From an uncultured Calditrichaceae bacterium (GTDB taxonomy: Bacteria > Calditrichota > Calditrichia > Calditrichales > J004), in the NCBI GenBank assembly GCA_964456445.1, contig CAYWBI010000002.1:29305-93304 (forward strand): a stretch of 64,000 nucleotides of DNA. The letters are read 5' to 3'. The notes beneath the pieces are model-generated. The model was not told where the DNA came from. It saw only the letters and a list, made by a program, of their open reading frames with translations, and did not search any database. Shown here piece by piece: positions 10,193 through 19,986 of the stretch. The position numbers were made by a program, and so were the translations under genes. How positions within the stretch are numbered: position 1 is the stretch's first letter; each line of letters opens with the position of its first letter.

Positions 10193-11467
10193 TTATTCTT
10201 CCTGTAATTCAAAAATTTCATGTACCAGATTCAATTTCTGGTTAACGTTATCATGATTAGCTGCTTCCATATCCTTTAAATGCGAAACAGGCAGATGTAA
10301 AATCTTATTAAGCAGCCCGCGTGTTACCTGGTTTACCAACTCAAGCTGATCTTCGCTGACCCGGTTTTTATATTTGGCAATTTCGACAGCCCGGATACCT
10401 TCCATCTTATGCCGCAAGGATATAATCGTTGGTTTGAGTGCGCGTTGCCGGCGCCATTGCAAATAATTTTCAGTATTGGCCTCAATAAAGGTTTCGGCTT
10501 TATCAAATTCTTCCCTGCGACGCACTTTGTTTGTATCAACAATTTTTTCAAGTGATGCCATGTTGTGTAAAAAGACGTTTTCAAATTGGGAAATGTCCGG
10601 ATCAAAATCATTCGGGACCGCAATATCAACCATTATTATTGGCTTTGTTCCCCGTGCGCTCAGCGCAATTTTCATATCCTGATAAGTTATTATATAATTT
10701 GGGGATGATGTTGCGCCAATAACAATATCCACCTTATGTAAAATACGGGAAAGTTCATTTAGAGGCAGCGCTGTCCCTCCTATTTCCTGTGCTATTTTTT
10801 CGGCATTTTTTAGCGTGCGATTAGCAATGTACATCTTACCGGTCCCTTTTTGGCTAAGATGCTGGGCGGCCAGTTGTCCCGTCTCGCCGCTGCCAATCAG
10901 CAATACTTTTTTATCAGATATGCGATGAACAATTTTTTGGGCCAATTCAACAGCAGCGTAAGCTACACTAACAGCACCGTAAGATATTGCGGTCCGAGAT
11001 CGAATCTGCTTCTCAACCTGCAAAGACGTCTCAAACAAATGGTTCAAATAGCTGCCCACCGAGGAAATTTTACCGGCCAAAAGAAATGCTTTTTTAATCT
11101 GGCCGACAATCTCCGTCTCTCCGGGTATCATGGAATCCATGCCGGAAGTGACCCGGAACAAATGGCTGACGGCATCTTTGTCCTGGTAAAAATAAAAACA
11201 TTCAAAATCCGTTTTTTTAAGTTTTGAGTTAAATCCAAGCCAGAATTCTTGAAGATTATCCTTGGTAACATCGGAGAATTTGCTTTTAACGTAAACTTCA
11301 CTTCTATTGCATGTGGATACCACACAAACTTCATCTATCAGAGAAGATTTCAATAAAAGCCTTGAAAAAGTATCTTTTTCTTCATCAGAAAAAGATGCTT
11401 TTCCCAGTAAAGCAAAAGTGGAACTTTTAAAATTTACACCAATCGTATAGATATGTCCCTGTGCCAT
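10193..11467 (-). CDS. hemA: Glutamyl-tRNA reductase
   Basis: HemA-like (VSTCNRSEVY, NAD-binding LLIGSGETG). The track start at 11476 is TTG. The first ATG is at 11467 (MAQGHIYTIG...), 5 nt after the upstream stop. Confidence 0.93.
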   Translation of the reverse strand: MAQGHIYTIGVNFKSSTFALLGKASFSDEEKDTFSRLLLKSSLIDEVCVVSTCNRSEVYVKSKFSDVTKDNLQEFWLGFNSKLKKTDFECFYFYQDKDAVSHLFRVTSGMDSMIPGETEIVGQIKKAFLLAGKISSVGSYLNHLFETSLQVEKQIRSRTAISYGAVSVAYAAVELAQKIVHRISDKKVLLIGSGETGQLAAQHLSQKGTGKMYIANRTLKNAEKIAQEIGGTALPLNELSRILHKVDIVIGATSSPNYIITYQDMKIALSARGTKPIIMVDIAVPNDFDPDISQFENVFLHNMASLEKIVDTNKVRRREEFDKAETFIEANTENYLQWRRQRALKPTIISLRHKMEGIRAVEIAKYKNRVSEDQLELVNQVTRGLLNKILHLPVSHLKDMEAANHDNVNQKLNLVHEIFELQEE

Positions 11468-11472
11468 AGTAC

Positions 11473-12300
11473 TCAACCAAAATTATGAAAACTGTCTAAT
11501 ACAAAACTAACAATAAAAAGGGATGCAAATATCGTAACGGCGCCTCCGACCGATAGATATGATAATTTTTTTGTACTCCAATTGCGAACCTGTTTACCAT
11601 AAATGAATACGCCGTAGATCGTCCAGATTACATATGAACTGACAACCTGTGGGTCGAAATGAGAAAAATCCGGAAAGGCCATTTTCCTCCAGAAAATACC
11701 TGAGACTATGGTAATCGATAAAAGGATGAACCCAACCATGGCAGACCAATTGCTAAACTGGCTTAGTTCTTCCAATGAAAAGGAAATATGATAAATCATC
11801 CCAAATCGCCCTTTTTTGAGGCTATAATATAAAATAAGATAAATGATGCTGAATAATGTGCATAAACCAAGCGCTGCATATGCAAGAACAGCGCTTGAAA
11901 CATGGACTATAAACTTGGGGGTTTGCAAAACCGCATCGACCGAGGCATCCAGGTCAATCATTGATGCCGCGAAGACCTGCAATAAAAGAATGGTTATAAA
12001 CACAAACAATCCGGTATTTTTTATTTTTATACGCCATTCTATAAACCGGTAAACGATTGCAATGGCCAATGCGGTCAAGGACAACATTTCGCCTTTTGTG
12101 GTCACTGGGTAGTAATGCTGGTTAAAACCTCTCATGATAGTGTAAAGCAAATGAATAATCAGAACCAAGCTAAAAAACCAAACGGCCACATTTTTATAGG
12201 ATGACTTTGATTGAACGAATATTTTTGCGTATATCCAAATCAGGATGCCATATAATATTGGTAATGAAATATTTAAAAATGGTATAACTGTCCGCATCAT
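11473..12300 (-). CDS. Polytopic membrane protein of the cytochrome c assembly (CcsA/HemX-like) family, first gene of the heme operon
   Basis: 275 aa with about 8 hydrophobic segments. The region FWRKMAFPDFSHFDPQVVSSYVIW resembles a degenerate version of the Trp-rich WGxxWxWDPxE motif of CcsA/CcmC. It is comparable in size (about 275 aa) and heme-operon context to Bacillus HemX, recalled from memory. Confidence 0.7.
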   Translation of the reverse strand: MMRTVIPFLNISLPILYGILIWIYAKIFVQSKSSYKNVAVWFFSLVLIIHLLYTIMRGFNQHYYPVTTKGEMLSLTALAIAIVYRFIEWRIKIKNTGLFVFITILLLQVFAASMIDLDASVDAVLQTPKFIVHVSSAVLAYAALGLCTLFSIIYLILYYSLKKGRFGMIYHISFSLEELSQFSNWSAMVGFILLSITIVSGIFWRKMAFPDFSHFDPQVVSSYVIWTIYGVFIYGKQVRNWSTKKLSYLSVGGAVTIFASLFIVSFVLDSFHNFG

Positions 12301-12365
12301 AAAACCCGCTTCTAATTAATCATTAAACAGTCGCATCACCTACAATAACCATGCCTAAACACAAA

Positions 12366-12393
12366 ATGATACCGAAATTTAATTTCGCGGCAA
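12366..12393 (-). promoter_or_regulatory. Candidate sigma70-type promoter of the heme operon, with a palindromic operator in the spacer
   Basis: The minus strand reads TTGCCG (12393..12388), a 16-nt spacer, then TATCAT (12371..12366), about 65 nt upstream of the ATG at 12300. The spacer contains the perfect 15-bp palindrome CGAAATT-A-AATTTCG (12373..12387). This is pattern match only. Confidence 0.25.
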
Positions 12394-12627
12394 AGGCACT
12401 ATCAGTTTTTATGAATAAGATTTTTTTAGACCGGTTTCTTCAATACGGGTATTCTCAACCCCTTAACAATACAAGCGCTGTATTTAAGGCTTTTTCTCAA
12501 AAAGTTGGGGGTAATTCTTAAAAATGATATGATGAGGTAACTTAAAAAAAAAGAAAATGGGACTTTTATTTTATCCAAGGGCAGGCTAAATACATTTATC
12601 AATTTTGCATACAAAATCAAACTGTCT

Positions 12628-12661
12628 TTTCAAATTGAAACATTCCCTATTCAATTTGAAA
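12628..12661. repeat. Perfect 12-bp inverted repeat with a 10-nt spacer, in the intergenic region upstream of the heme operon
   Basis: TTTCAAATTGAA (12628..12639) and TTCAATTTGAAA (12650..12661) are exact reverse complements. The repeat is AT-rich and its function is unknown. Confidence 0.6.
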
Positions 12662-12782
12662 TAAATTCGGCGTTATTTGTCTTTTTACCCTGGTTTATGA
12701 TCTTGCTTAGAATTTTTTTATCTGAGGATGGCTCAATGGTTTTCTCCGGGCAATTCTGAAGTATAATGAAAAAAAAATAAGA

Positions 12783-13205
12783 TTAATTGAAAAGTGCCAT
12801 AAATTTCTTCGGAACAGGCGACACTTTTTTCTTCTTATAATCATAAAATACAATCCCGGTTTTTACCCGTGCAATCTCCCTTTGATTTGTTTCATCGAGT
12901 AAGTGATAAATCAGGTCGCATCCAACCCTTGTAAAATCCAGCACGGCGATGCGTATTATAATTTCCATTCCATAAAAAGCTTCGGTTTTATAGATAAGCG
13001 CAGCATCACTCATAATTATGCCAACGCCTTCCACCGCCATTTCCGAATATCCAAGCGATTGAAGAAACTGTACGCGCGCTTCATGTACCAGGGACAGGAA
13101 GACATCGTTTCCCACGTGACCGCCATAATTTAGGTCTCCTATCCGTACGGTTAACTTTGTTTGAAAATTAAACCTTTCCGGTATATTAATTTTTATTCGC
13201 GGCAT
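12783..13205 (-). CDS. Hotdog-fold acyl-CoA thioesterase (4HBT/YbgC-like)
   Basis: 140 aa. The pattern RIGDLNYGGHVGNDVFLSLVHEARVQFL is typical of 4HBT-type thioesterases (catalytic Asp region followed by the central helix). Confidence 0.8.
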   Translation of the reverse strand: MPRIKINIPERFNFQTKLTVRIGDLNYGGHVGNDVFLSLVHEARVQFLQSLGYSEMAVEGVGIIMSDAALIYKTEAFYGMEIIIRIAVLDFTRVGCDLIYHLLDETNQREIARVKTGIVFYDYKKKKVSPVPKKFMALFN

Positions 13206-13348
13206 TTGTCCCCTTTTTATTTTTCTGCTTATGTGTCAATTTAATTAATCGTAAACCAAAATTTAAAAAAAGAAAAATTGTGTACAAAAACAAAAATACC
13301 CTATATTAAATTCCCAGAAAACATATCTCCCATAAATTTAATTTCAAA

Positions 13349-14422
13349 ATGAAAAACAACCTAAACGTTCACCCCGGATATCTGATCCTTGAGGACGGCA
13401 TGACTTTCCATGGCACGTCTTTTGGCTGTCCCAAATCATCGGCAGGGGAAGTCGTTTTTAGCACCGGTATGACCGGATATACGGAATCGTTGACCGACCC
13501 ATCTTTTTACGGTCAGATTCTTACGCTCACCTACCCTCTTATTGGAAATTATGGCGTTGGAAAACCCGTTTTAAAATCCGCTTTAAACCCCTTTGAATCC
13601 GACCGTATTCAAATAAACGGTCTGCTTGTTGCCGATTATTCCGATAACTATGCACATTGGGATGCGGAACAAAGCCTCAGCCAGTGGCTGCAAAAGGAGC
13701 AAATACCTGCCCTGTCCGGCATCGATACGCGCGCCCTTACCCAACATTTGCGTTCCAAAGGCGTTCTCACGGGCAAAATCATCATTCATGAACAAGAGGT
13801 GCCCGGGTACAACCCAAACCTGCATCATCTGCAAAAAGCGGTAAGTATTAAGCAGCCCCGCGTTTATGGAGAGGGACAGAAAAATATCGCATTGATAGAC
13901 TGTGGCTGTAAAAATTCGATTATACAAAATTTAACCGCTCGTGGCATGCGTGTTACCCGTTTACCCTGGGATTGGGAGATTGCCTTCGATGACTATGATG
14001 GTGTGATCATCTCCAGCGGCCCTGGCGACCCACGTATGTGCAGCGAAACCATCACACAAGCTCAAAAGGCAATGGCGCTGGAACGTCCGATGTTTGGAAT
14101 CTGTCTCGGGCACCAAATAATGGCGCTGGCTGCCGGTGCGGAAACCTATAAGCTTAAGTACGGCCATCGCGGGCAAAACCAGCCGGTCATTCACCTCGAC
14201 GGCAAAAAGTGTTTTGTAACTTCTCAAAACCACGGCTATGCCGTAAACAGCGCTACCCTTCCCGATGATTGGCAATCATTATTTTTAAATCTAAACGATC
14301 AGACAAATGAGGGGCTGATCCATAAGTCCGGACGTTTTTTTAGTGTTCAGTTTCATCCGGAGGCGGCGCCGGGCCCTTATGACACGGGTTTTCTGTTTGA
14401 TGATTTTTTGAAACTGCTTTGA
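13349..14422 (+). CDS. carA: Carbamoyl-phosphate synthase small (glutaminase) subunit
   Basis: 357 aa. N-terminal CPSase small-subunit domain plus a class-I amidotransferase domain (GICLGHQ, FHPE). Confidence 0.97.
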   Translation: MKNNLNVHPGYLILEDGMTFHGTSFGCPKSSAGEVVFSTGMTGYTESLTDPSFYGQILTLTYPLIGNYGVGKPVLKSALNPFESDRIQINGLLVADYSDNYAHWDAEQSLSQWLQKEQIPALSGIDTRALTQHLRSKGVLTGKIIIHEQEVPGYNPNLHHLQKAVSIKQPRVYGEGQKNIALIDCGCKNSIIQNLTARGMRVTRLPWDWEIAFDDYDGVIISSGPGDPRMCSETITQAQKAMALERPMFGICLGHQIMALAAGAETYKLKYGHRGQNQPVIHLDGKKCFVTSQNHGYAVNSATLPDDWQSLFLNLNDQTNEGLIHKSGRFFSVQFHPEAAPGPYDTGFLFDDFLKLL

Positions 14423-14473
14423 AGCAAAACAAATTATATCATTCCAATATCCTATTTCCGCGGACGGAAAATA

Positions 14474-17400
14474 ATGAAAAAAAATATAAAAAAAATCCTC
14501 GTTCTTGGCAGCGCGGCCTTAAAGATTGGCGAAGCCGGCGAATTTGACTATTCCGGTAGCCAGGCCATTAAAACGCTGAAAGAAGAGGGTGTCGAAACCA
14601 TCCTGATAAACCCCAATATTGCGACCATCCAAACTTCCGAACATCTGGCGGATAAGGTGTACTTCCTGCCGGTAAACAAGACATTTGTGGAAAAAGTTAT
14701 ACAAAAAGAAAAACCGGATGGCATTCTGCTTGGCTTTGGCGGACAAACGGCCCTAAATACCGGGCTTACACTACACCAAACGGGCATCCTGGAAAAGCAT
14801 GGCTGTCGTGTTTTAGGAACCCCTATCGAAACAATACTGGCGACCGAAGACCGTAAAGTGTTTGTAACACGTCTGAACGAAATCGGGGTAAAAACTGCCC
14901 GAAGCGCGGTGGCGGAATCGGAAGAAGAAGCGGTACAAACCGCCGATAAGATTGGATACCCGGTCATGTTGCGGATCGCTTTTGCACTCGGCGGCCTTGG
15001 CTCCGGTATCTGCACGAGCGAGGAGATATTACGGGAAAAGTGCCGGATGGCGCTGAACCATACCTCCCAGGTGCTCATAGAAGAATATCTGCTTGGTTGG
15101 AAAGAGATCGAATATGAAGTGGTGCGTGACCGTTACGACAACTGCATAACGGTTTGCAATATGGAAAACTTCGATCCAATGGGGATACATACCGGTGAAA
15201 GTATTGTGGTGGCCCCAAGCCAAACCCTTACCAACCGGGATTACCATTACTTACGTGAAGTCGCCATAAAAACCATACGTCATCTTGGAATTGTGGGAGA
15301 ATGCAACATCCAATATGCCTATAACCCCCGGGAAGAGGACTATCGTGTAATTGAAGTTAACGCCCGTTTATCGCGCAGTTCGGCACTGGCCTCCAAGGCA
15401 ACCGGTTATCCGCTTGCCTCCGTTGCCACACGTCTTTCCCTGGGGTATGGATTGTTTGAACTGACCAATGCCGTTACAAAAACAACCAGCGCTTTTTTTG
15501 AACCGGCCCTGGATTATATCGTTGTAAAAATCCCCCGTTGGGATTTAAGAAAATTCCGAAATGTTTCCTACCAAATCGGTTCCAGCATGAAATCGGTTGG
15601 GGAGGTTATGGCCATTGGCCGAAGCTTTGAAGAAGCCCTGCAGAAAGCGATTCGTATGCTTGGAAACGGTCCGGTTGGATTTGCCGCAAACAATGATATA
15701 AATTTTAAAGACTTAGAAACGGAAATCAGCCAACCAACGGATTACCGCTTATTTGCCATCGCCAATGCCCTGCGCCAGGGGTTCACCGTTGAACACATTC
15801 ACGAATTAAGTCATATCAATCCGTGGTTCCTCTATAAATTGGCAAATATTATTTCAATAGAAAGCGAGCTCTCATCATTTACGGCATCGACCATTCCAAA
15901 ACCCCTATTGCAAAAAGCAAAAGTCTATGGGTTTTCCGATATGCAAATAGCCCGGATTTGTAAAGTTAACGCAGATATCATCCGCGAACTTCGCCGGCAT
16001 TTTGACCTTCATCCCTTTGTACGGCAGATTGATACGATGGCAGCGGAATATCCTGCCGCAACCAATTATCTTTATCTCAGCTATAACGCGGTGGCACACG
16101 ATGCGGTAAAAAAAGCAAATAAATCCGTTTTGATTCTGGGTTCGGGGGCGTATCGTATTGGCAGCTCGGTCGAGTTTGACTGGTGCGCCGTAAATGCGGG
16201 CAAAACACTGCGTGAACTAAGCTATTCAACCATCATGCTCAACTATAACCCCGAAACGGTAAGCACGGATTATGATGAGTTCGATGTATTGTTTTTCGAA
16301 GAGATATCGCTTGAAACCATCATTGAGATCAATACCCTGTTTAATCCTTTGGGCACGATCATTTCCATGGGCGGACAGATTCCCAATAATTTAGCCGTGG
16401 CGCTTAGTAAAAATAACATCCCCATATTGGGAACGTCCACACATTCCATAGACATGGCCGAGAACCGGCGGAACTTCTCGGATATGCTGGACCGTTTGGA
16501 GATTGACCAGCCGGTGTGGCAGGAGCTTTCCTCTATCGAACAGGCTTTTAGCTTTGCTCATCGGGCGGGTTACCCCGTTCTTGTAAGGCCCTCGTACGTG
16601 CTTAGCGGGGCGGCCATGGCCGTGGCCTCAAACCAGAACGAATTGGAAGAATACCTGAATAAAGCAATTGAAATTTCGCCGGAACATCCAACGGTAATAA
16701 GCAAATTTTATGAAAATGCAAAAGAAATTGAATATGATGCAGTGGCACAGGAGGGCTATGTTCTGGCTTATGCCATCTCCGAACACGTGGAAAATGCCGG
16801 TGTCCATTCCGGTGACGCTACGCTTGTCTTCCCTCCACAACGCACCTACCTGGAAACCATGCGACGTATCCGGCTTATCGGACAACAAATTGCAAATGAG
16901 CTAAATATCACCGGCCCCTTTAACATGCAGGTCCTGGCCAAACATAACCAGGTAAAGGTGATCGAATGCAATGTACGCGCTTCCCGAAGTTTTCCGTTTG
17001 TTTCTAAAATTATAAAATCGAACCTGATCGATCTGGCCACCAGGGCCATTATGGGCGAGAAACTCAACAAATTGGATTCGACATTTTTTGAAGTGAATTT
17101 TGTAGGGGTTAAAGCGCCGCAATTTTCCTTTACGCGTCTGGAGGGCGCCGATCCGGTAACAGGTGTGGAGATGGCCTCCACCGGAGAAGTTGGCTGTTTG
17201 GGCGCTGATTTTGATGAGGCCTTTTTAAAAGCGCTCATCTCCGTCGGCTATCGCTTTCCCATAAAAAGTATTTTAGTCTCATCGGGTTCGATTGAATCAA
17301 AGGCCGATTTATTGGAATCCATGCGGATTTTCCAAAAACTGGGCGTACAATTTTTCGCAACCGATGGAACCGCAAAATTTATGCAGGCCAATAGCTTCGA

Positions 17401-17689
17401 TGTCCAAAAACTCTATTGGCCCAGTCAGGATAAACAACCCAACACAATTGAATATATTAAAAACGGGATTATCGATTTGGTTATCAACATTCCTAAAAAC
17501 TATCATTCCGATGAATTGACCAACGGCTATCATATCCGCCGGGCCGCGGCAGACTATGGTATCATGCTTATCACCAATCGTCAAATTGTAAAACGTCTTG
17601 CCGAGGCGCTTTCCCGGAAAGATATCAATGAATTGCAAATAAAGAGCTGGGATGCTTATCGCCTGGAAAATATTAAATTTAAAATTTAA
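14474..17689 (+). CDS. carB: Carbamoyl-phosphate synthase large subunit
   Basis: 1071 aa. Duplicated ATP-grasp halves (ILVLGSAALKIGEAGEFDYSGSQA and VLILGSGAYRIGSSVEFDWC) and a C-terminal MGS-like domain. Confidence 0.98.
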   Translation: MKKNIKKILVLGSAALKIGEAGEFDYSGSQAIKTLKEEGVETILINPNIATIQTSEHLADKVYFLPVNKTFVEKVIQKEKPDGILLGFGGQTALNTGLTLHQTGILEKHGCRVLGTPIETILATEDRKVFVTRLNEIGVKTARSAVAESEEEAVQTADKIGYPVMLRIAFALGGLGSGICTSEEILREKCRMALNHTSQVLIEEYLLGWKEIEYEVVRDRYDNCITVCNMENFDPMGIHTGESIVVAPSQTLTNRDYHYLREVAIKTIRHLGIVGECNIQYAYNPREEDYRVIEVNARLSRSSALASKATGYPLASVATRLSLGYGLFELTNAVTKTTSAFFEPALDYIVVKIPRWDLRKFRNVSYQIGSSMKSVGEVMAIGRSFEEALQKAIRMLGNGPVGFAANNDINFKDLETEISQPTDYRLFAIANALRQGFTVEHIHELSHINPWFLYKLANIISIESELSSFTASTIPKPLLQKAKVYGFSDMQIARICKVNADIIRELRRHFDLHPFVRQIDTMAAEYPAATNYLYLSYNAVAHDAVKKANKSVLILGSGAYRIGSSVEFDWCAVNAGKTLRELSYSTIMLNYNPETVSTDYDEFDVLFFEEISLETIIEINTLFNPLGTIISMGGQIPNNLAVALSKNNIPILGTSTHSIDMAENRRNFSDMLDRLEIDQPVWQELSSIEQAFSFAHRAGYPVLVRPSYVLSGAAMAVASNQNELEEYLNKAIEISPEHPTVISKFYENAKEIEYDAVAQEGYVLAYAISEHVENAGVHSGDATLVFPPQRTYLETMRRIRLIGQQIANELNITGPFNMQVLAKHNQVKVIECNVRASRSFPFVSKIIKSNLIDLATRAIMGEKLNKLDSTFFEVNFVGVKAPQFSFTRLEGADPVTGVEMASTGEVGCLGADFDEAFLKALISVGYRFPIKSILVSSGSIESKADLLESMRIFQKLGVQFFATDGTAKFMQANSFDVQKLYWPSQDKQPNTIEYIKNGIIDLVINIPKNYHSDELTNGYHIRRAAADYGIMLITNRQIVKRLAEALSRKDINELQIKSWDAYRLENIKFKI

Positions 17690-17763
17690 TATTTTCTCTG
17701 TCAGGACAAAGGATTACTTTTCCCGTCGTTACAAGATTTGTGCAACCCGGACGGAGGCCAAAT

Positions 17764-18033
17764 TCAGAAAGAATAATATATAAGAGCAAGCAGGGCAATC
17801 AATGAGGCAACACCTGCGGGATTTGCAAAATTGATGGTAAATCCCAATCCACTTTTTTTAGGCAAAAATGCGCGTTTGTCATGAGGATTAAAATATATTA
17901 TGGCCAGTTTCCAGTACCTATCCTCATTGGGAACGCGATTACGCCAATTCTTTGTAACGATTGTTTCATAAACGGTAATCACAACAATCAGAATACTAAA
18001 CAGGATAATCAATAAAGAAAAACTCGAAATCAT
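17764..18033 (-). CDS. Small membrane protein (DUF5808-like, recalled from memory)
   Basis: The track ORF is 17764..18078. The internal ATG at 18033 (MISSFSLL...) has AGGAG 8 nt upstream. There are two hydrophobic segments flanking KKSGLGFTINFANP. Confidence 0.6.
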   Translation of the reverse strand: MISSFSLLIILFSILIVVITVYETIVTKNWRNRVPNEDRYWKLAIIYFNPHDKRAFLPKKSGLGFTINFANPAGVASLIALLALIYYSF

Positions 18034-18527
18034 AATTTTTCTCCTATAATATTCCTTGATAAATAGATATATATTCAAAAATTCTATTCAAAACAATAAT
18101 ACGAATCGCAGATGAATAATGTTGCATATAATTTACTATTCTTCGGGAGAAACAAAATCGCCGATGATCAACATGATGACCCGTAGTAAAACAATATGAT
18201 TTATGGCCACTGTTAATTTATAAGGCAGGGTTGTTTGCAACGGTAAGTCCGGTAAAAAAAAGAGAGGGAAAATAATTCATCCTTTAATAGGAGGGGAAGT
18301 ATGGAGGCGTTCTGTTAAACTCACTTTCTTAAAGGAGTAGTTTTTGAACTATTTGATCCCTCTCAACCAACGACCTAACTCGCTTTATCATAGAGCATAT
18401 ATCATGCCAAGTTTTAAATATCATAGAACCCCGTATCCATGGGAACCACAGTGTTTTGTTTTAAGTTTTTAAATAACTTGTCCTGATTATCATCACCCTA
18501 TTGTGTGAACCATCGACAAATTCAAAA

Positions 18528-19976
18528 TTATTCCCAGGTTGTTCCCTGAGGGGTATCTTTTATTGTAATACCCAATTTTTCCAGGCCATCGCGAATATTA
18601 TCGGATAGGGCATAATTTTTTTCCTGTCGCAATTTGGAGCGAAGGTCCAGAATCAGGGACATCAATCCATCTATATCTTTTTTGGAGCCGTTTTCAGCTG
18701 CTACATCCAACTTCAAACCAAGTATGTTTTCTATATACGACCGAAACAAATCCAATGTACGTTCTTTGTCATCAGGAAATAGCCCTTTTGAGATCAGCGG
18801 TAATGTATCCTTTATAAATCCAAAAGTAGCCGCAATGGCCTTGGGCGTACTAAAATCATCATCCATGGCCTGAGCAAAAGCCGTTTTATAAAGATTTAAG
18901 GCCTGGGCTAATTCTTCTGACGGCCCCTTGTCGCTGGTAGTACAGTTTAACAATTTCTGATAATAATTTAAGATACGTTCCATTCCTTTTGATGCGGCAT
19001 CCAATGCATCCTTGCTAAAATCCAGTGTGGAACGATAATGGCTGCTAAGGATAAAAAAGCGTATGGCCATGGCGCTATGGCTTTTTAAGGCCTGCTGAAC
19101 GGTTATAAAATTGCCAAGTGATTTGCCCATTTTTGTGCCATCCACCGTGACCATATTGTTATGCATCCAGTAATGGACAAATGGTTTTCCGTTTGCCGAT
19201 TCGCTTTGGGCGATTTCACACTCATGATGCGGAAATTTATTTTCCATCCCACCGCCATGAATATCAAAAGTTTCCCCAAGATATTTGGAAGACATACAGG
19301 AACATTCAAGATGCCATCCGGGGTATCCCTCGCTCCAGGGGCTTTTCCAACGCATAATATGGGTTGCGTCTGCTTTTTTCCATAAAGCAAAATCCGCTGG
19401 ATTATTTTTGTCGGACAGGACATTAACGCGGGTACCACTTTTTATTTCGTCCAACTTACGGCCAGAAAGTTTGCCATAGCCGGGAAATTTTTCAACGGAA
19501 AAATAGACATTGCCGTTTTTCTCATAGGCAATATCTTTTTCTAAAAGTTTTTTTACCATCTCAATTTGTTCAGGGATATGACCGCTTGCATGGGGCGTAA
19601 TATCGGGGCGTAATACATTTAGTGCATCCATGTCACGAAAATAGTGGATGGTATAACGTTCGGCAATCTCCATTGGTTCCAGTCTTTCCAGACGCGCCTG
19701 GGCTGCAATCTTGTCTTCCCCCTCATCGGCGTCACTTTGCAAATGTCCTACATCGGTTATGTTCTGGACATAGCGCACATGGTATCCAAGATGACGAAAA
19801 TAGCGAACAACCACATCAAAACTTATATAACTTTTTGCATGCCCTAAATGTGCATCTCCGTAAACCGTGGGACCGCAAACGTAGATGCCCACAAAACTGG
19901 GCGTGATCGGTTTAAACAGTTCTTTCTTCCGGGACATGGAATTATAAATTGTCAGATTATTTTTCTTTAACGGCAT
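18528..19976 (-). CDS. cysS: Cysteine--tRNA ligase
   Basis: 482 aa. HLGHA (HIGH-type) and KMGKS (KMSKS-type) motifs, and the CGPTVYG N-terminus. Confidence 0.97.
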   Translation of the reverse strand: MPLKKNNLTIYNSMSRKKELFKPITPSFVGIYVCGPTVYGDAHLGHAKSYISFDVVVRYFRHLGYHVRYVQNITDVGHLQSDADEGEDKIAAQARLERLEPMEIAERYTIHYFRDMDALNVLRPDITPHASGHIPEQIEMVKKLLEKDIAYEKNGNVYFSVEKFPGYGKLSGRKLDEIKSGTRVNVLSDKNNPADFALWKKADATHIMRWKSPWSEGYPGWHLECSCMSSKYLGETFDIHGGGMENKFPHHECEIAQSESANGKPFVHYWMHNNMVTVDGTKMGKSLGNFITVQQALKSHSAMAIRFFILSSHYRSTLDFSKDALDAASKGMERILNYYQKLLNCTTSDKGPSEELAQALNLYKTAFAQAMDDDFSTPKAIAATFGFIKDTLPLISKGLFPDDKERTLDLFRSYIENILGLKLDVAAENGSKKDIDGLMSLILDLRSKLRQEKNYALSDNIRDGLEKLGITIKDTPQGTTWE

Positions 19977-19986
19977 AATGCCATCC

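Noticed and set aside
12426-12620. A 64-aa minus-strand ORF in the 482-bp region upstream of the heme operon.
   Set aside because: It is AT-rich with a Lys/Leu/Ile/Phe-biased translation, has no RBS and no recognisable motif. It is more likely non-coding promoter or leader DNA.
14548-15078. A 176-aa minus-strand ORF inside carB. Similar antisense ORFs are 24746..25297 (183 aa), 29355..29915 (186 aa), 3648..4082 (144 aa), 27038..27445 (135 aa) and 16846..17238 (130 aa).
   Set aside because: All lie entirely antisense to strongly supported conserved genes (carB, dedA/queA, UDP-glucuronate decarboxylase, hemB, ruvA). Their translations show no family features, so they are typical shadow ORFs.
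18079-18527. A 449-bp intergenic region between cysS and the small membrane protein gene, scanned for tRNA, tmRNA, SRP, RNase P or riboswitch signatures.
   Set aside because: I found no T-loop (GGTTCGAAT-type) or other conserved ncRNA motifs and no convincing stem-loops or ORFs. An ncRNA cannot be excluded without a covariance-model scan.
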